In this document: positions 19,929-30,472 of the stretch, piece after piece
How positions within the stretch are numbered: position 1 is the first letter of the stretch
Layout of the letters: each line of letters opens with the position of its first letter
IMG/VR virus record: IMGVR_UViG_3300050015_000600
Coordinates: 12,487-76,486 of that record
Origin: a virus
Direction: 5' to 3' (one strand)
Length of the DNA: 64,000 bases
The notes under the pieces: generated by a model
Seen by the model: the letters and a program-made list of their open reading frames with translations, nothing else
What the model was told of the DNA's origin: nothing
The model's database searches: none
Position numbers and translations under genes: made by a program

Positions 19929-20900
19929 ATGGGAAAGATAGAAATAGACGTTGCGCTATGGATGGAAATATACTCTGTTTTGGGTTATACGATCGGCATT
20001 AGCGAAGGTACGCGGTATAATATTATGACAGAATCCTATTTTACCCTGCAAGAAAAATTAAACTTAGAAGGATTATTGGTAAGCAATGTTAGCAAAATAG
20101 AAAAATTGCTTAGTAAAATGACAGAGGTAATGGATGACTAAAGAAGATTTTGAACTTACGTTCGGGCGGAAAACACTTCTGTATGTAGAAAAAGGCTGTT
20201 ACCGCAAGCTACAAAAAGTATTCGGAGATTACACTCTCGAAGTAGTAAAACTCTATCCTTTTGTAACATTACGCTTAGGCGACGAAGTGTTAGTATTTGA
20301 CTTAGTAAACTTTACAATTAACGAAACTAATATGACGCTATTCTCAAGTATGGTTGGTATATATCAAACTCACTTAAGAAAGGCGGTATGGGATGCGACA
20401 ATAGAAGATTTTCACAGCGGTAAGCGTACATCGCTAACACAGCCGATGTTGGATGTCGCAAAAGAAATTTCAAAAGGAGTAAATGATGACTGATTTAACA
20501 GACGACGCAAAACTTAAGATTGCTGAAAGACTTAAAGAAATAGAAACTGAATTCAAGGAAGCAGTAGCGAGCTTAACAGAAGCCGAGTTAGTAATTTTCT
20601 ACAATGCTTTTAACTTAGGCTACAGGAAATCATTCTTCGTAGATGTAGCAGAAAGCAACGGGATAGCTTATGAATAAATATTTACTATGCGACAAAGTAT
20701 CCGGCAAGGTGATATGCGAGAAATTCGGCGAAGACTTTCAATATTCCGATGATGGCTTGCATGATTTTATAGTTGATTCTACCGGAGAAGATAACAAAAT
20801 ACTATGGTGCTGGTCGCACGACAGCTACTTGGTGGGCGTTGAATATGACGTAGAACCGCCGAAAGAACAACCTGTTGTGTTATTTCAAAAGAAGGGGTAA
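19929..20900 (+). other. run of four small hypothetical CDSs (19929-20141, 20134-20493, 20483-20677, 20670-20900)
   Basis: Overlap-coupled ORFs with SD-like motifs. Confidence 0.55.
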
Positions 20901-21000
20901 TATGGGTCTAACAATAATACTTATTTGCGCCCTTGCTTTATCAGGCCTACTGTTTTATTTAACAGCGAAAGAAAAGAAAAATAACAATTTTAAATTTTAA

Positions 21001-21022
21001 AGGGACTACTGTCCCTATTTTT
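21001..21022 (+). terminator. intrinsic terminator upstream of the secreted-protein gene
   Basis: AGGGAC-TACT-GTCCCT-ATTTTT. Confidence 0.55.
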
Positions 21023-21039
21023 ATATTATAGGAGATATA

Positions 21040-22461
21040 ATGAAACGAATTATTCTAATTGCAATAACCTTGTTGGCTATTACAACAATCAGCAAAGCGG
21101 ATGGCTTTATAAACCCGCAATCCGAGTATTACTTCGGAAGAAGTTATAACATACAATATACAGACGAAGTGCCGACAGAGAGCCTGCAATATTACTTTGC
21201 ATATTCTCTCGACAACGGCATGAACTGGACACGCTTTAGCGATACTTTGATTTGGACTTGTCCAGACACAGCAAGAGCTACTTTGCCGATTATGAAAACG
21301 GGTGATGCAAAAATAGGTATATTTACAAATCCAAACGGAACATGGAATACTACCCCGTATTCTTTTGACACAAAGTTTAAATATTCCGACGATTTTGAAT
21401 TTATACAACAGCCGGATACGATTTATAACGGAGGATCATACGAATTTTCAGTAAGAATCAACCCTGATGAAACACCAGAAGAACTGACTTTGCAATACAG
21501 TACAGACAACGGCGATACATGGAGAATATGGTGGGTGTGTACTTTTAACCCTGAACAATACATAAAGAACATTAATATTGATAACGGCGTTATCGCTTCA
21601 AATACTATCTGGAGGTTGTGCTATGACGATCCCTTAAAAGAAGTATGCCGCACCGGAGTTATCCCATACAAAGAAAGACTTGCCTATTTTAATTTTAAAA
21701 CTAAAGGCGGAGTAAAAGAAATCTCGGATAAGGCGGAACTGCTCTGGGAATCGTCGTATAATTTTAAAACTATAAAAATTACTACATATTTTGACAATGG
21801 CTTGCTGGATGAAGCGGATTATAAAACCGACGGCATAGAAATCAACTTTGCTAAGAACGGGGAATACGTTATTGTCGGTTTGGCTCAGGATGCAAATTTT
21901 AGTATTACAAAAACAGTTACTTTCACCGTAGGCGACCCGTGTTGGTTTGTAAAAGTTCAAGCGATAGAACTTAGAGATAGTCTTAGAAAATCAACCGACG
22001 AGCTTTTGAAGGCGAAAAAAACTATATCGTGGGCGGACAGTACTATCCTTGATTTGAATAAAAAAGTAGATTCTTTAAATAGTGTAGGAATTACACAAAA
22101 CAAAACTATAGATTCTTTGCAAGAATATATTTTGATTTTAAAAACAGACAGCTTAAAGATACAATTAATTTACACTTCCGGTTGCGTAAATGAAGTAAAA
22201 GACGAAACTTTCGTTAATAATATGTCGAGCATATATGCCAATCTTACTAACGAAAGCCATATCTATATCGCCGTGCCGGAAGATTTACAGCATACCGCTT
22301 TGACGTGGTGGTGTTTTGACGGCTTGGGTAATTTTGTCCAAGCGGAATCTACAGCCGATATGCCGGATAGTATTGAGATAAAACAAGGAATGTCGCACGG
22401 AGTGTATTTTTGGTACACTCTGCGCGATGGAATTTATAAAGCATATAAATTTGTGATATAG
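21040..22461 (+). CDS. secreted protein with Asp-box motifs, coiled coil and a T9SS type A-like C-terminal sorting domain
   Basis: Signal peptide MKRIILIAITLLAITTISKA; YSLDNGMNW and YSTDNGDTW; C-terminus IYANL...FDGLGNFV...GMSHGVYF...KFVI. Confidence 0.7.
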   Translation: MKRIILIAITLLAITTISKADGFINPQSEYYFGRSYNIQYTDEVPTESLQYYFAYSLDNGMNWTRFSDTLIWTCPDTARATLPIMKTGDAKIGIFTNPNGTWNTTPYSFDTKFKYSDDFEFIQQPDTIYNGGSYEFSVRINPDETPEELTLQYSTDNGDTWRIWWVCTFNPEQYIKNINIDNGVIASNTIWRLCYDDPLKEVCRTGVIPYKERLAYFNFKTKGGVKEISDKAELLWESSYNFKTIKITTYFDNGLLDEADYKTDGIEINFAKNGEYVIVGLAQDANFSITKTVTFTVGDPCWFVKVQAIELRDSLRKSTDELLKAKKTISWADSTILDLNKKVDSLNSVGITQNKTIDSLQEYILILKTDSLKIQLIYTSGCVNEVKDETFVNNMSSIYANLTNESHIYIAVPEDLQHTALTWWCFDGLGNFVQAESTADMPDSIEIKQGMSHGVYFWYTLRDGIYKAYKFVI

Positions 22462-22493
22462 CGGTCGTTGACCGTTTTATATAGATATAAAAC

Positions 22494-22516
22494 AAGCCCC
22501 TTAATTGGGGCTTTTC
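22494..22516. terminator. terminator between convergent operons
   Basis: AAGCCCC-TTAATT-GGGGCTT with A/T flanks. Confidence 0.75.
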
Positions 22517-22608
22517 TTATTTTTGGGATTTAATACACTGATTATCAATCATATCGGAAATGCTATTACACACGCAGAGCAAAATGCAATAAATAATATT
22601 TGTTCCAT

Positions 22609-22806
22609 CTATCCCTTCTTTTTATAATCAGTTTCGTAGAATCCTGTGCCTTTAAAGTGTATTGCCGGAGGTTGGATAATTATATCTGACAATACTATAT
22701 GGCAAGCTGGGCAATTATTCGTTGGTTTAGACAAAGATTCTTTTATACTTTGCGTTATTTCAAATATCTGTCCGCACTTAGAGCATTTATATACGTATGT
22801 TGGCAT
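22609..22806 (-). CDS. FmdB-family zinc-ribbon protein
   Basis: MPTYVYKCSKCG..FE..Q...CPAC...IHFKGTGFYETDY. Confidence 0.9.
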   Translation of the reverse strand: MPTYVYKCSKCGQIFEITQSIKESLSKPTNNCPACHIVLSDIIIQPPAIHFKGTGFYETDYKKKG

Positions 22807-23051
22807 CAGCTTCCTCTTTTGTTATCAATAGTTTTAGTTTTGCTTAATGGACATAATGATATTTCTAATTGATAATATTTATATCTGGCTTTACTAGTAG
22901 CTTCGCAGGAGTCCATTATCATTTCTTTCGCTAACAGACTATTAAAAGCCCTCTGTTGGAACCATATAAAATTCTTAACATCAAATCTCTTTGCCCATAG
23001 CCACGCTTTAAATTCACCAATCATAGTATAATATTTTAATTTCAGTTTCAT
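22806..23051 (-). CDS. hypothetical protein
   Basis: AGGAG SD, coupled. Confidence 0.45.
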   Translation of the reverse strand: MKLKLKYYTMIGEFKAWLWAKRFDVKNFIWFQQRAFNSLLAKEMIMDSCEATSKARYKYYQLEISLCPLSKTKTIDNKRGS

Positions 23052-23212
23052 TCTACAACGCTCCTATGGCTTTGAGTATTTCATTTGCGAAAACTACAAT
23101 TGCTATATAAACAACAAGCACTCCAAACTATACGGTTGATTTTATCTGTCTTACGTGTTCTTTTTGGAGCAGTATTATTTTATCAAGCAACTCGTCGTTT
23201 GTCCGATCGCGG

Positions 23213-23716
23213 TTATTCTGCATCGTCTTCTCCCTCGTTTATCCAATAACTCTTTATATACCAAACTACCATATACATAGCTTCGTCATCCCGCCAAGTA
23301 TTGATCACGCAGGCGATAGTGTTTTTATCATCGCGGAAGAATATATCCGTTTGATAGTTATTTCCAACGTCGGATTGGCATTGGAACGACATGTGTAGAT
23401 TAGTACTGTCAAATTTAAACGTTCCGGCTTTGATCAAATACATGCTTGTTATGTCTTCTGCTGTGTGTTTAAAGAATTTATATTCTTTGTTAAACTCGAA
23501 CACAGTAAAATAGCCTGTATTCGAATTTGTCCGCTCCCAAGTTTCTCCGTTATCGCTACTGATAAAGTTATTACAGCCCATTGTACTAATGCTTGTTCCG
23601 CCTTCATAGCCAGAGCAGGAATATGTGCTTATGGCCGTTATTGCTAATGCTAACAACAATGCAATTGCGCACCAGCCTAAACATCGAACTATTTTATCCG
23701 TTTTCTCGTCTTTCAT
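23213..23716 (-). CDS. exported or membrane-anchored protein
   Basis: N-terminal hydrophobic helix followed by Cys; SSDNGETW Asp-box-like motif. Confidence 0.6.
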   Translation of the reverse strand: MKDEKTDKIVRCLGWCAIALLLALAITAISTYSCSGYEGGTSISTMGCNNFISSDNGETWERTNSNTGYFTVFEFNKEYKFFKHTAEDITSMYLIKAGTFKFDSTNLHMSFQCQSDVGNNYQTDIFFRDDKNTIACVINTWRDDEAMYMVVWYIKSYWINEGEDDAE

Positions 23717-23891
23717 TATTCTGCATCCTCAAGCTGTTCTTGCAAATACTCAATCGTTTTACTTATCTGCTCTTTGTCCATTATGTATCTTAAGCGTCTA
23801 TCGCCACAAGCAATTGATATTAATATATCACTGTTTATGCCTAAATCACTGAATATCAACTCTGTGTTATTCTTCTTTTTTAATTTTAACA

Positions 23892-25996
23892 TTACTCAAC
23901 CTCTTGAAATTGTTCAACATAAACCTTGTGCCAACACGTAGGGCATATATGTCTGCCGTCCTTCTTGATATGCAACCAACATTCTTCTTCTGCAAAAAGT
24001 ATAGCGTCTTCCGGCGTAGGATAACCGCAATACGCGCTGTCTTCGCAATAATCTGCACCGCATTCGTCACATATAATCGTAAATGCGTGAATTTCTATAT
24101 CTTTAATCATCTTTCGCCTCTAGTAGTAATTCTTCTAAGCATTCTGTGCATAAATAGTCTGTCACTTCGCACCATTCTAATTGCGCGTAGGACGTTTGTC
24201 CACATCTGTCGCATTCGAGTATTACGTATTCATCGGTTATTTCTTTTAACATTTAATCATCCTCCGAAGGGAAATGTTTAACTTCTTTGTATCGTTCATG
24301 CCAGGCAGAAGCCTGCATAGTCATGTCGGAGAACTGCCTCTGAAGCTCAACCGTTCGCGTCACTAGCTGTTCTTTTTCTTTTATTTCTTCGCCTATCTGG
24401 TGATATAGTTCGCTTTTCTTTATATGCGCTTGCTCTAAATCCATTGTTCTCGCTCGCAATAAATATGCCAGCCGATCTATCTCTTTTTGCTTTTTGCCAA
24501 ACATTAGTCTCTATCCCTATTATTATAATAATTTAACGCGCCTGCAATTTCCATTGCATCTTCGTGGTTTTCAGAGTGAGCTAAAACATAGTAAGTCATC
24601 GCGTCGCTCCGCCAGTCTTTTTTTCGAGTAGTAGAATCAACAATGTCGTAACCATCATTGATTTTGTTCACTTGATGTCCTGTATATGGGACTATCTTTA
24701 CTTCGTATCTATTTTTCTTTGCCATGACCATCTCTTTTGATTACAAAATCTAATTCTTCGATTCTTTGTTCTAATTGTTCTATTTGGTTAATGCAAGCAT
24801 TCTCTAACCTATTGTATTCTTTCCGTTCGTCTTCTAATTGATTTTCTAATCGCGACACTTGGTCTTCAGCGGCGGCGCGTATGCCGGAATTAGTGAGCCG
24901 TATAGCTTCGATATGATCTCTAATTCTGTCATAAACCGCCTGTGTTTCCATTTCTACGTCGCTTTGCATATCAGGCGTAAAGTCGTAGCTTGCCAAACCA
25001 AAGTGTTTTTCGTACTGTTCGACGAAGTAATCGCATATTTTGTGTAGTATTGGCGTTATATTGCCGTCTATTTCTTCGCATGTCCAAGGATATTCAAATG
25101 CCATTAGCCTATCCCCATGCTTTCGTAAGTAATATCTTTAGGCTCGTAGCCTATATTAATCAATCTCAATAATAACCATTCTTCTAATGAAGATAAGTCC
25201 GAAGTAGAGCGTGGTGACACGCCCCCTTCTACTGCATATTCTTTGAGAATCTTGACTGCTTTTTCTGCTTTAATATTCATTCTGTTACTCTCAAAACTAT
25301 TTGAACATTATATATTCGTTCTTGCATTTTGTTTGCGTAGTGAATATCGTAGGTTCCTTGAAGAATATTTTGCGACACTATGTCCGTTACCTCAGAATCG
25401 TAGTATTTTAAACCGATTTCGCGCATATCGTAGGCGATACGCATATTATCTATATCGCCTACATGTTGTCCCATGAATAATATCTTTTGAATTTTCATTA
25501 TACATCCTCTAAAATATCATTCAAATAATTAGCTATGACACGTATCTCAGGTTTATTAAACCGGAAGGCGCGTGTTTCGCATCCGTCTTTTGCAAATGTC
25601 ACTTTGACATAGCCGCTTGGGTGTAGTTCGCCGAATACAGCTACAGCACCCGAACGCTCTATAAGCAAACAATTAGCATATTTATCAGCCGGTTCCTCTT
25701 TGACACTTGCGTACTGAGCTTGATTCTGTCCTGCGGAATGCGCATTACCAAAAGGATTAGAGCTTTCGCCTTTAAAACTTTTGCCGAATGTCTTTTCGAG
25801 CATACCAAATAAATCATTCTCCATCTTCTAACTCCCGTTCCCAACAATCTCTGCATGAGAAAAAATCGCTGTTTCTGCATTCGTATTTTACGTTTATTGT
25901 ATTATGCGGGCATTCTTCGCCTATTATCATATCTTCGGCGAGGATGAGTATCTCGCCTTGTGTTAAATTACACATTCTTTTTTCTAAAAGCGTCAT
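23892..25996 (-). other. run of small hypothetical CDSs (23892-24110, 24253-24504, 24504-24731, 24709-25104, 25277-25498, 25498-25824, 25814-25996)
   Basis: Coupled minus-strand ORFs; some Cys-rich (CDEC..CPTC) or coiled-coil. Confidence 0.55.
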
Positions 25997-26331
25997 TAGT
26001 GCGTACCTTCTTCTGCTTCAATTTTTGCTAAAAATAAATTTTCTATTAGTATAAGATAGTTTATCATGTCACCGATTATTTCATCCAATAGCTCTACTGT
26101 CGGAGAAAAACCTTTTTTATCATTCTCGATCATATCCTGCAACACTATCTCGTGTTTCGTCTGTAATATTACACAATATTCCTGCGGAGTAATGCCATTC
26201 AGCTTTGCTCCGGCAATCAAACTATGCAATCTATCACGGTCGCTTGCGTAAATCTCTGCTTTTTTATTTAATGTTGCTTTTATCTTTTTGCAACGTTCTT
26301 CTACATTTCTCTGAAAGTCGTTATTCGTCAT
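25996..26331 (-). CDS. MazG-like / nucleotide-modification-associated alpha-helical protein
   Basis: KAEIYA..DRLH...KH...DEIIGDMINYLIL pattern. Confidence 0.55.
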   Translation of the reverse strand: MTNNDFQRNVEERCKKIKATLNKKAEIYASDRDRLHSLIAGAKLNGITPQEYCVILQTKHEIVLQDMIENDKKGFSPTVELLDEIIGDMINYLILIENLFLAKIEAEEGTH

Positions 26332-26705
26332 TACAATTTTCCTAATGATTTAATAATTTCGTCTGCTATAACATACATACCTTGTTGAATAGCGTCATAT
26401 ATCTTCTGTGTAGCCGGAGTATTCATAACTCTGCTTGGGTAATTATGCAATCTTTGTGCTAAATCGTTCAAATATTCTTCATCTGTATGCGCAGGGTTCG
26501 CTATAGGCTCGTTAGTATGAACCGGAACGGGTACAGCTTGAGCCGGTTGCGTCATTTGTTCCCGCAATATAGCGTTTTCTTTCTTTAGCCGGTCTGGGGC
26601 AGCATCTTCTTCATAACACAAGGAACAAGGGTATTCCTCATCTATCCAAGGATGGACTTCACAATAACCTTTCTTTAATATTTCGCCATAAATATCATAA
26701 GCCAT
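26331..26705 (-). CDS. hypothetical protein with a Cys/His N-terminus
   Basis: CEVH...CSLC; GAGGA SD. Confidence 0.55.
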   Translation of the reverse strand: MAYDIYGEILKKGYCEVHPWIDEEYPCSLCYEEDAAPDRLKKENAILREQMTQPAQAVPVPVHTNEPIANPAHTDEEYLNDLAQRLHNYPSRVMNTPATQKIYDAIQQGMYVIADEIIKSLGKL

Positions 26706-26752
26706 ATCTAATCCTCAAATAATAATTCTTAAAATTGTAATTTTACTTAGTT

Positions 26753-26784
26753 CAAATATACAAAAATATGCTGACATACACAAA
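26753..26784 (-). promoter_or_regulatory. Bacteroidota-type promoter
   Basis: TTTG-N20-TATATTTG on the minus strand. Confidence 0.75.
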
Positions 26785-26822
26785 TAATATATTAGATAGT
26801 ATAAAACAAGTATAAACAGAAC

Positions 26823-26851
26823 AAAAAAAGCAGACTATTTCTAATCTGCTT
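26823..26851 (-). terminator. intrinsic terminator
   Basis: AAGCAGA/TCTGCTT stem with a T-run on the minus strand. Confidence 0.6.
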
Positions 26852-26887
26852 ACCATGGATAATTATTACAAAAAAACTTTTACCTAA

Positions 26888-27875
26888 TTATTCATCCTCT
26901 TCGTAATGTACGGCAATAGACTTGCCTTTTAACACTCTTATTGAATCCTTAATCAATTTCCGGTAATTCTTAGAGCCTGCTAATGGCTTAGCAATCCAGT
27001 ACATCTTGCCTATTTTAACTTTAACGCTGTTGTTCTCGGTGTTTTGTAACAAGAAGTCAATTAATGCGCTCATATTACCTCCACAGGTGTTAATGCCGCT
27101 TTATAAATAGCTACGCATTTTTCTACAGGTACTCTGAACAACACATTAGCGTGTTTTAATTCCTTATTATCATAGCCTATGTAATGAGTTTTGTTGACCC
27201 AATAACCAGCCTGTCCATCGTAAGTCAGTAGATTTCCACCACTCCTTTCTTCTACGGTAATATACGCAATCCTTGGTAGATTGGGTTGTGTTATACTACT
27301 ACCCCTTTGTACCGTACTGCCAAGTGCGAATGTAAAACCATCACCCCATAATTCAATTATTTCTTCTTCGTTGCCCATAATATCTCCTTTAAAATGTTAT
27401 ATCATCTTCTTTGTAACTATCCATCTCTCGTTGCAGTATAACTATAGTGTCTTCTATTGTGTAAGGGTATAAAGAGTGGAACAATTTCTCTTTGGTGATT
27501 GTACCATCATGGATAAATTTACCTATTAATTGCAGATTGTCTATCAAATTTTGAATCTTTTCCATAGCCAACTCCTTATACCAACATAGTCAAACTTCTT
27601 AATATTGTCCCAGCACGAGATGCCTGTGTACGCAAACGCTCTAATTCCTCTTCAAAATAATAATATATCGTACCTTCAGGAATATCAGGTTGCTTTTTAC
27701 AGCACTCAGTCGGCGAAGGTGTCTCGTTTGCACCTAGTCGTAATGTTGCCATGTGTATATCTATTAACTTCTTCTCTAGGTCGTCTATTGTATCCTTGTA
27801 GTCATTGGTTAATTTTAATAGCACAGCTGTGTCTCCAACCGGAGTAGGTCTCATCGCACGTCCATCGTTTTCCAT
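26888..27875 (-). other. four small hypothetical CDSs (26888-27073, 27070-27378, 27389-27571, 27576-27875)
   Basis: SD motifs; bounded by a promoter and a terminator. Confidence 0.55.
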
Positions 27876-27909
27876 AAATCAAAATCCTAAAATGTATAAA
27901 AACAATATT

Positions 27910-27941
27910 CAAATATACAAAAAGTTACTATAATAACCAAA
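27910..27941 (-). promoter_or_regulatory. Bacteroidota-type promoter
   Basis: TTTG-N20-TATATTTG; shares TTCAAATATACAAAAA with the 26753 promoter. Confidence 0.75.
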
Positions 27942-28378
27942 AATAGAATGTAAAAAGAATAAACAAAACAAAGAAGATTAAGATTATAATATCCTCGCCT
28001 TGTTAAGGCTCGAATATTATGTAGAAACAAGTCTCCAGCCTATGAGAAAATGAGACTATCACATGACCATCATATAGCAACTATTTGTAAAATAACAATA
28101 TCCTACAACTAAAGCGCATAAATGACACTATAAAAATTATAAAAATGATAGATCGAAGTGTTTTTGCTAGGGAGAAAAGAGACAGGGATGATTTGTATGA
28201 TTATAGCTAAGTCTATATAATTGATGCAGTTACTATCTAAAAGGTGACAATTCTGATTCTCTCTGTGTGGGTACCCCTCCCCTCCCGCCATCGCGATTGC
28301 CGTCCTATACCCCACCTTAAAACTTCTACATATTACATTAAAATGTTTTTGTTCAGGTGCTAAACAATATATACAAAC

Positions 28379-28412
28379 ATATAGCATGCATAATGGTATT
28401 ATCATGCTATAT
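28379..28412. repeat. 34-bp near-perfect inverted repeat
   Basis: ATATAGCATG-c-ATAAT-ggt-ATTAT-CATGCTATAT. Confidence 0.85.
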
Positions 28413-28883
28413 AAATAAAATTCAATAACTTACATTAATATTCAATGCTATTGGGTATTCGATTTAGCACGTTGTCATTCATATATTACATTACTACGTA
28501 TTTGTTACGTTTGTTATTTGTAAACAAAACAACGTTATAAATCAACCACTTAGAGTAATTCGCCTGGATTGCGTGTCATTGCGTGGATCGTTATACAATG
28601 TATAGACCGACTTTTCAAGTTTTGTTCGTTGGTGTCCCGATTTGTTGGCGTCCCTCCACTTACCCCTACAAACCAACAACAAACCCTTGTAATACATACA
28701 CTTACTCTTATCATAATTATACGATATAATCTTAACATATTGATATTTATACACTTACTATATTTAGCACGTTTATACTACTACAAACTGTCAGATTTAT
28801 TACACACTTTTATATATTTGTTATTGTTTGACTACTTTTTTGTTGATTATTTAGTATTTTTCTTGTTTTCTTCGCATATTATA

Positions 28884-28915
28884 TTTGCATATGTGAAATA
28901 AAAGTGTTAATTTTG
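28884..28915 (+). promoter_or_regulatory. Bacteroidota-type promoter driving the early operon
   Basis: TTTG-N20-TAATTTTG. Confidence 0.7.
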
Positions 28916-29160
28916 AATTATAAAGTTGATGCAGTTTCGAACAATTGATTTTATGCAGTTCTTTTAAAATTTATTTCTGCGAATAAGATATATTTTTGAT
29001 TTTGCAAAATACATTATCGGAACCATTGCCCAGGTGAGTAGCTTTATTGAGTCTAGTAAATCACTCCTGAGACGTTTTTATTAATCTTTCGAATATTTAT
29101 TAATAATTGAATATAGCCCGATTATCGGTTTTATTGAGTTATTTATTTAAAAGGTGTATT

Positions 29161-29553
29161 ATGAAAACGAATTATGAACTTGAAGCGATTAAATTTGCTA
29201 AAAAATACGGTGTTAAATTAACCGTAATTGGTGACTCTATCAATAAACGTTATTTCTTAGGCGATAAAGAAAATAGAGAGGTATTCACGTTAAGACTAAC
29301 AAGGAATAAAAAACAATATACTTTCACATTTGGTCAAAGTATTGTAAACGGTGGAAAAACACCAACGATGTATGATGTTTTAGCTTGTCTAACTAAATAC
29401 GATGTTGGGGATTTTGATGATTTTTGTAGTGAATTTGGTTTTTCTGCTTACGAAAAAAGTTCTGTTAAGATTTACGAAGCAGTATGCAAAGAATATAAAG
29501 CAGTACAACGTTTATTTGGTGATATTTATGAAGAATTGCAGGAAATAGAATAA
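29161..29553 (+). CDS. early hypothetical protein
   Basis: AAGGTG SD; PTMYDVLACL.KYD.G.FDDFCSEFG resembles motifs in phage early/leading-region genes. Confidence 0.7.
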   Translation: MKTNYELEAIKFAKKYGVKLTVIGDSINKRYFLGDKENREVFTLRLTRNKKQYTFTFGQSIVNGGKTPTMYDVLACLTKYDVGDFDDFCSEFGFSAYEKSSVKIYEAVCKEYKAVQRLFGDIYEELQEIE

Positions 29554-29711
29554 TGAGTGTTATTCCAATAAAAAACGGCTCAAAATTTATCTGTACTTAT
29601 AGAGTAGATAATATTTTGATAAAAAACACATATAGTAATATGAGTATTACTGAAGCAAAGTTTTTATTTGCTGAATACTGCATGAAATTATTAGTTAAAT
29701 ATAATGTTTAA
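29553..29711 (+). CDS. 52-aa early protein (below the ORF-track cutoff)
   Basis: TAATG coupling to the upstream gene. Confidence 0.5.
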   Translation: MSVIPIKNGSKFICTYRVDNILIKNTYSNMSITEAKFLFAEYCMKLLVKYNV

Positions 29712-29722
29712 CGGTCTTACTT

Positions 29723-29771
29723 AACGTGGTTACATGAGTGTTTTAAACAAGTTCGTTGCTTGTTCCACGTT
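29723..29771 (+). ncRNA. tRNA-mimic element A (acceptor stem + T-arm)
   Basis: AACGTGG/CCACGTT stem stacked on AACAAG-TTCGTTG-CTTGTT; 40 nt before ATG 29812. Confidence 0.6.
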
Positions 29772-29811
29772 CAAAATAAAATGTTTATTTAATAAAATTA
29801 AGGTATTTATT

Positions 29812-30021
29812 ATGTTACAAGTACAAACTAATCAATTAGTTAATGATAATTGTTATTATCACTATGCAAAGGCATTATCAAATTCTGCTTGTTTTGATTT
29901 AGTAGAATTTATCAATCAATTCCAGGATAAAAAAGCAGTTATAAATTATATATTAGAATGTAATTTAAGCGACAAAGTCAACCGTTATATTAAACAACAA
30001 TTTAATGAGGAATTAAACTAA
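29812..30021 (+). CDS. early hypothetical protein
   Basis: AAGGT SD after an AT-rich leader. Confidence 0.55.
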   Translation: MLQVQTNQLVNDNCYYHYAKALSNSACFDLVEFINQFQDKKAVINYILECNLSDKVNRYIKQQFNEELN

Positions 30022-30164
30022 TGACTATACAACAAAATTTAAATGGTACAATAACAGTTTCGACAGTTATATTTAATCAGCACGTGAAACGTATTTATTC
30101 GGGCTATTCAATTAATGAAATTAGAGTACTATTTGCAAAAGTAATCAAGGAATATTTAAAATGA
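30021..30164 (+). CDS. 47-aa early protein
   Basis: GAGGA SD, TAATG coupling. Confidence 0.55.
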   Translation: MTIQQNLNGTITVSTVIFNQHVKRIYSGYSINEIRVLFAKVIKEYLK

Positions 30165-30292
30165 AAGCACAAACCAGAAATAGATTAGATTTGTTAAAGT
30201 ATGGAATGCTTTTTATTATCAGTGCTATGGTGTTATTATTTTTAGCATATAAAGCAATTTGTCTTTTATCTTTTGTTTATCGTGGCTTTTAA
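30161..30292 (+). CDS. 43-aa membrane peptide
   Basis: AAGGA SD, ATGA overlap, hydrophobic helix. Confidence 0.5.
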   Translation: MKAQTRNRLDLLKYGMLFIISAMVLLFLAYKAICLLSFVYRGF

Positions 30293-30371
30293 GCCACTTT
30301 AAAAGCCCGTCAGGACGTTTTTAAGACGTTAGGCACATAATTTACACGTTATTAATTATAACGTTTGTAAA

Positions 30372-30431
30372 ACCGTTGTAAAGTGGTTACAATTGTATTT
30401 ATACAATTTCAGTTTCGATTACTGAAACGGT
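30372..30431 (+). ncRNA. tRNA-mimic element B (compact cloverleaf)
   Basis: ACCGTT/AACGGT; D-like GTAA-AGTGG-TTAC; AATTGTA/TACAATT arm; TCAGT-TTCGATT-ACTGA; 41 nt before ATG 30473. Confidence 0.7.
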
Positions 30432-30472
30432 GCAAAATTAGAATTTATTATTTATTATTAGGATTATTTAAA

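Noticed and set aside
28379-28412. dif site
   Set aside because: Only partial XerC-arm resemblance, a 5-bp spacer and no TTATGTTAAAT XerD arm
28109-28901. ORFs in the divergent region
   Set aside because: Low-complexity AT-rich translations that overlap each other and lack RBSs
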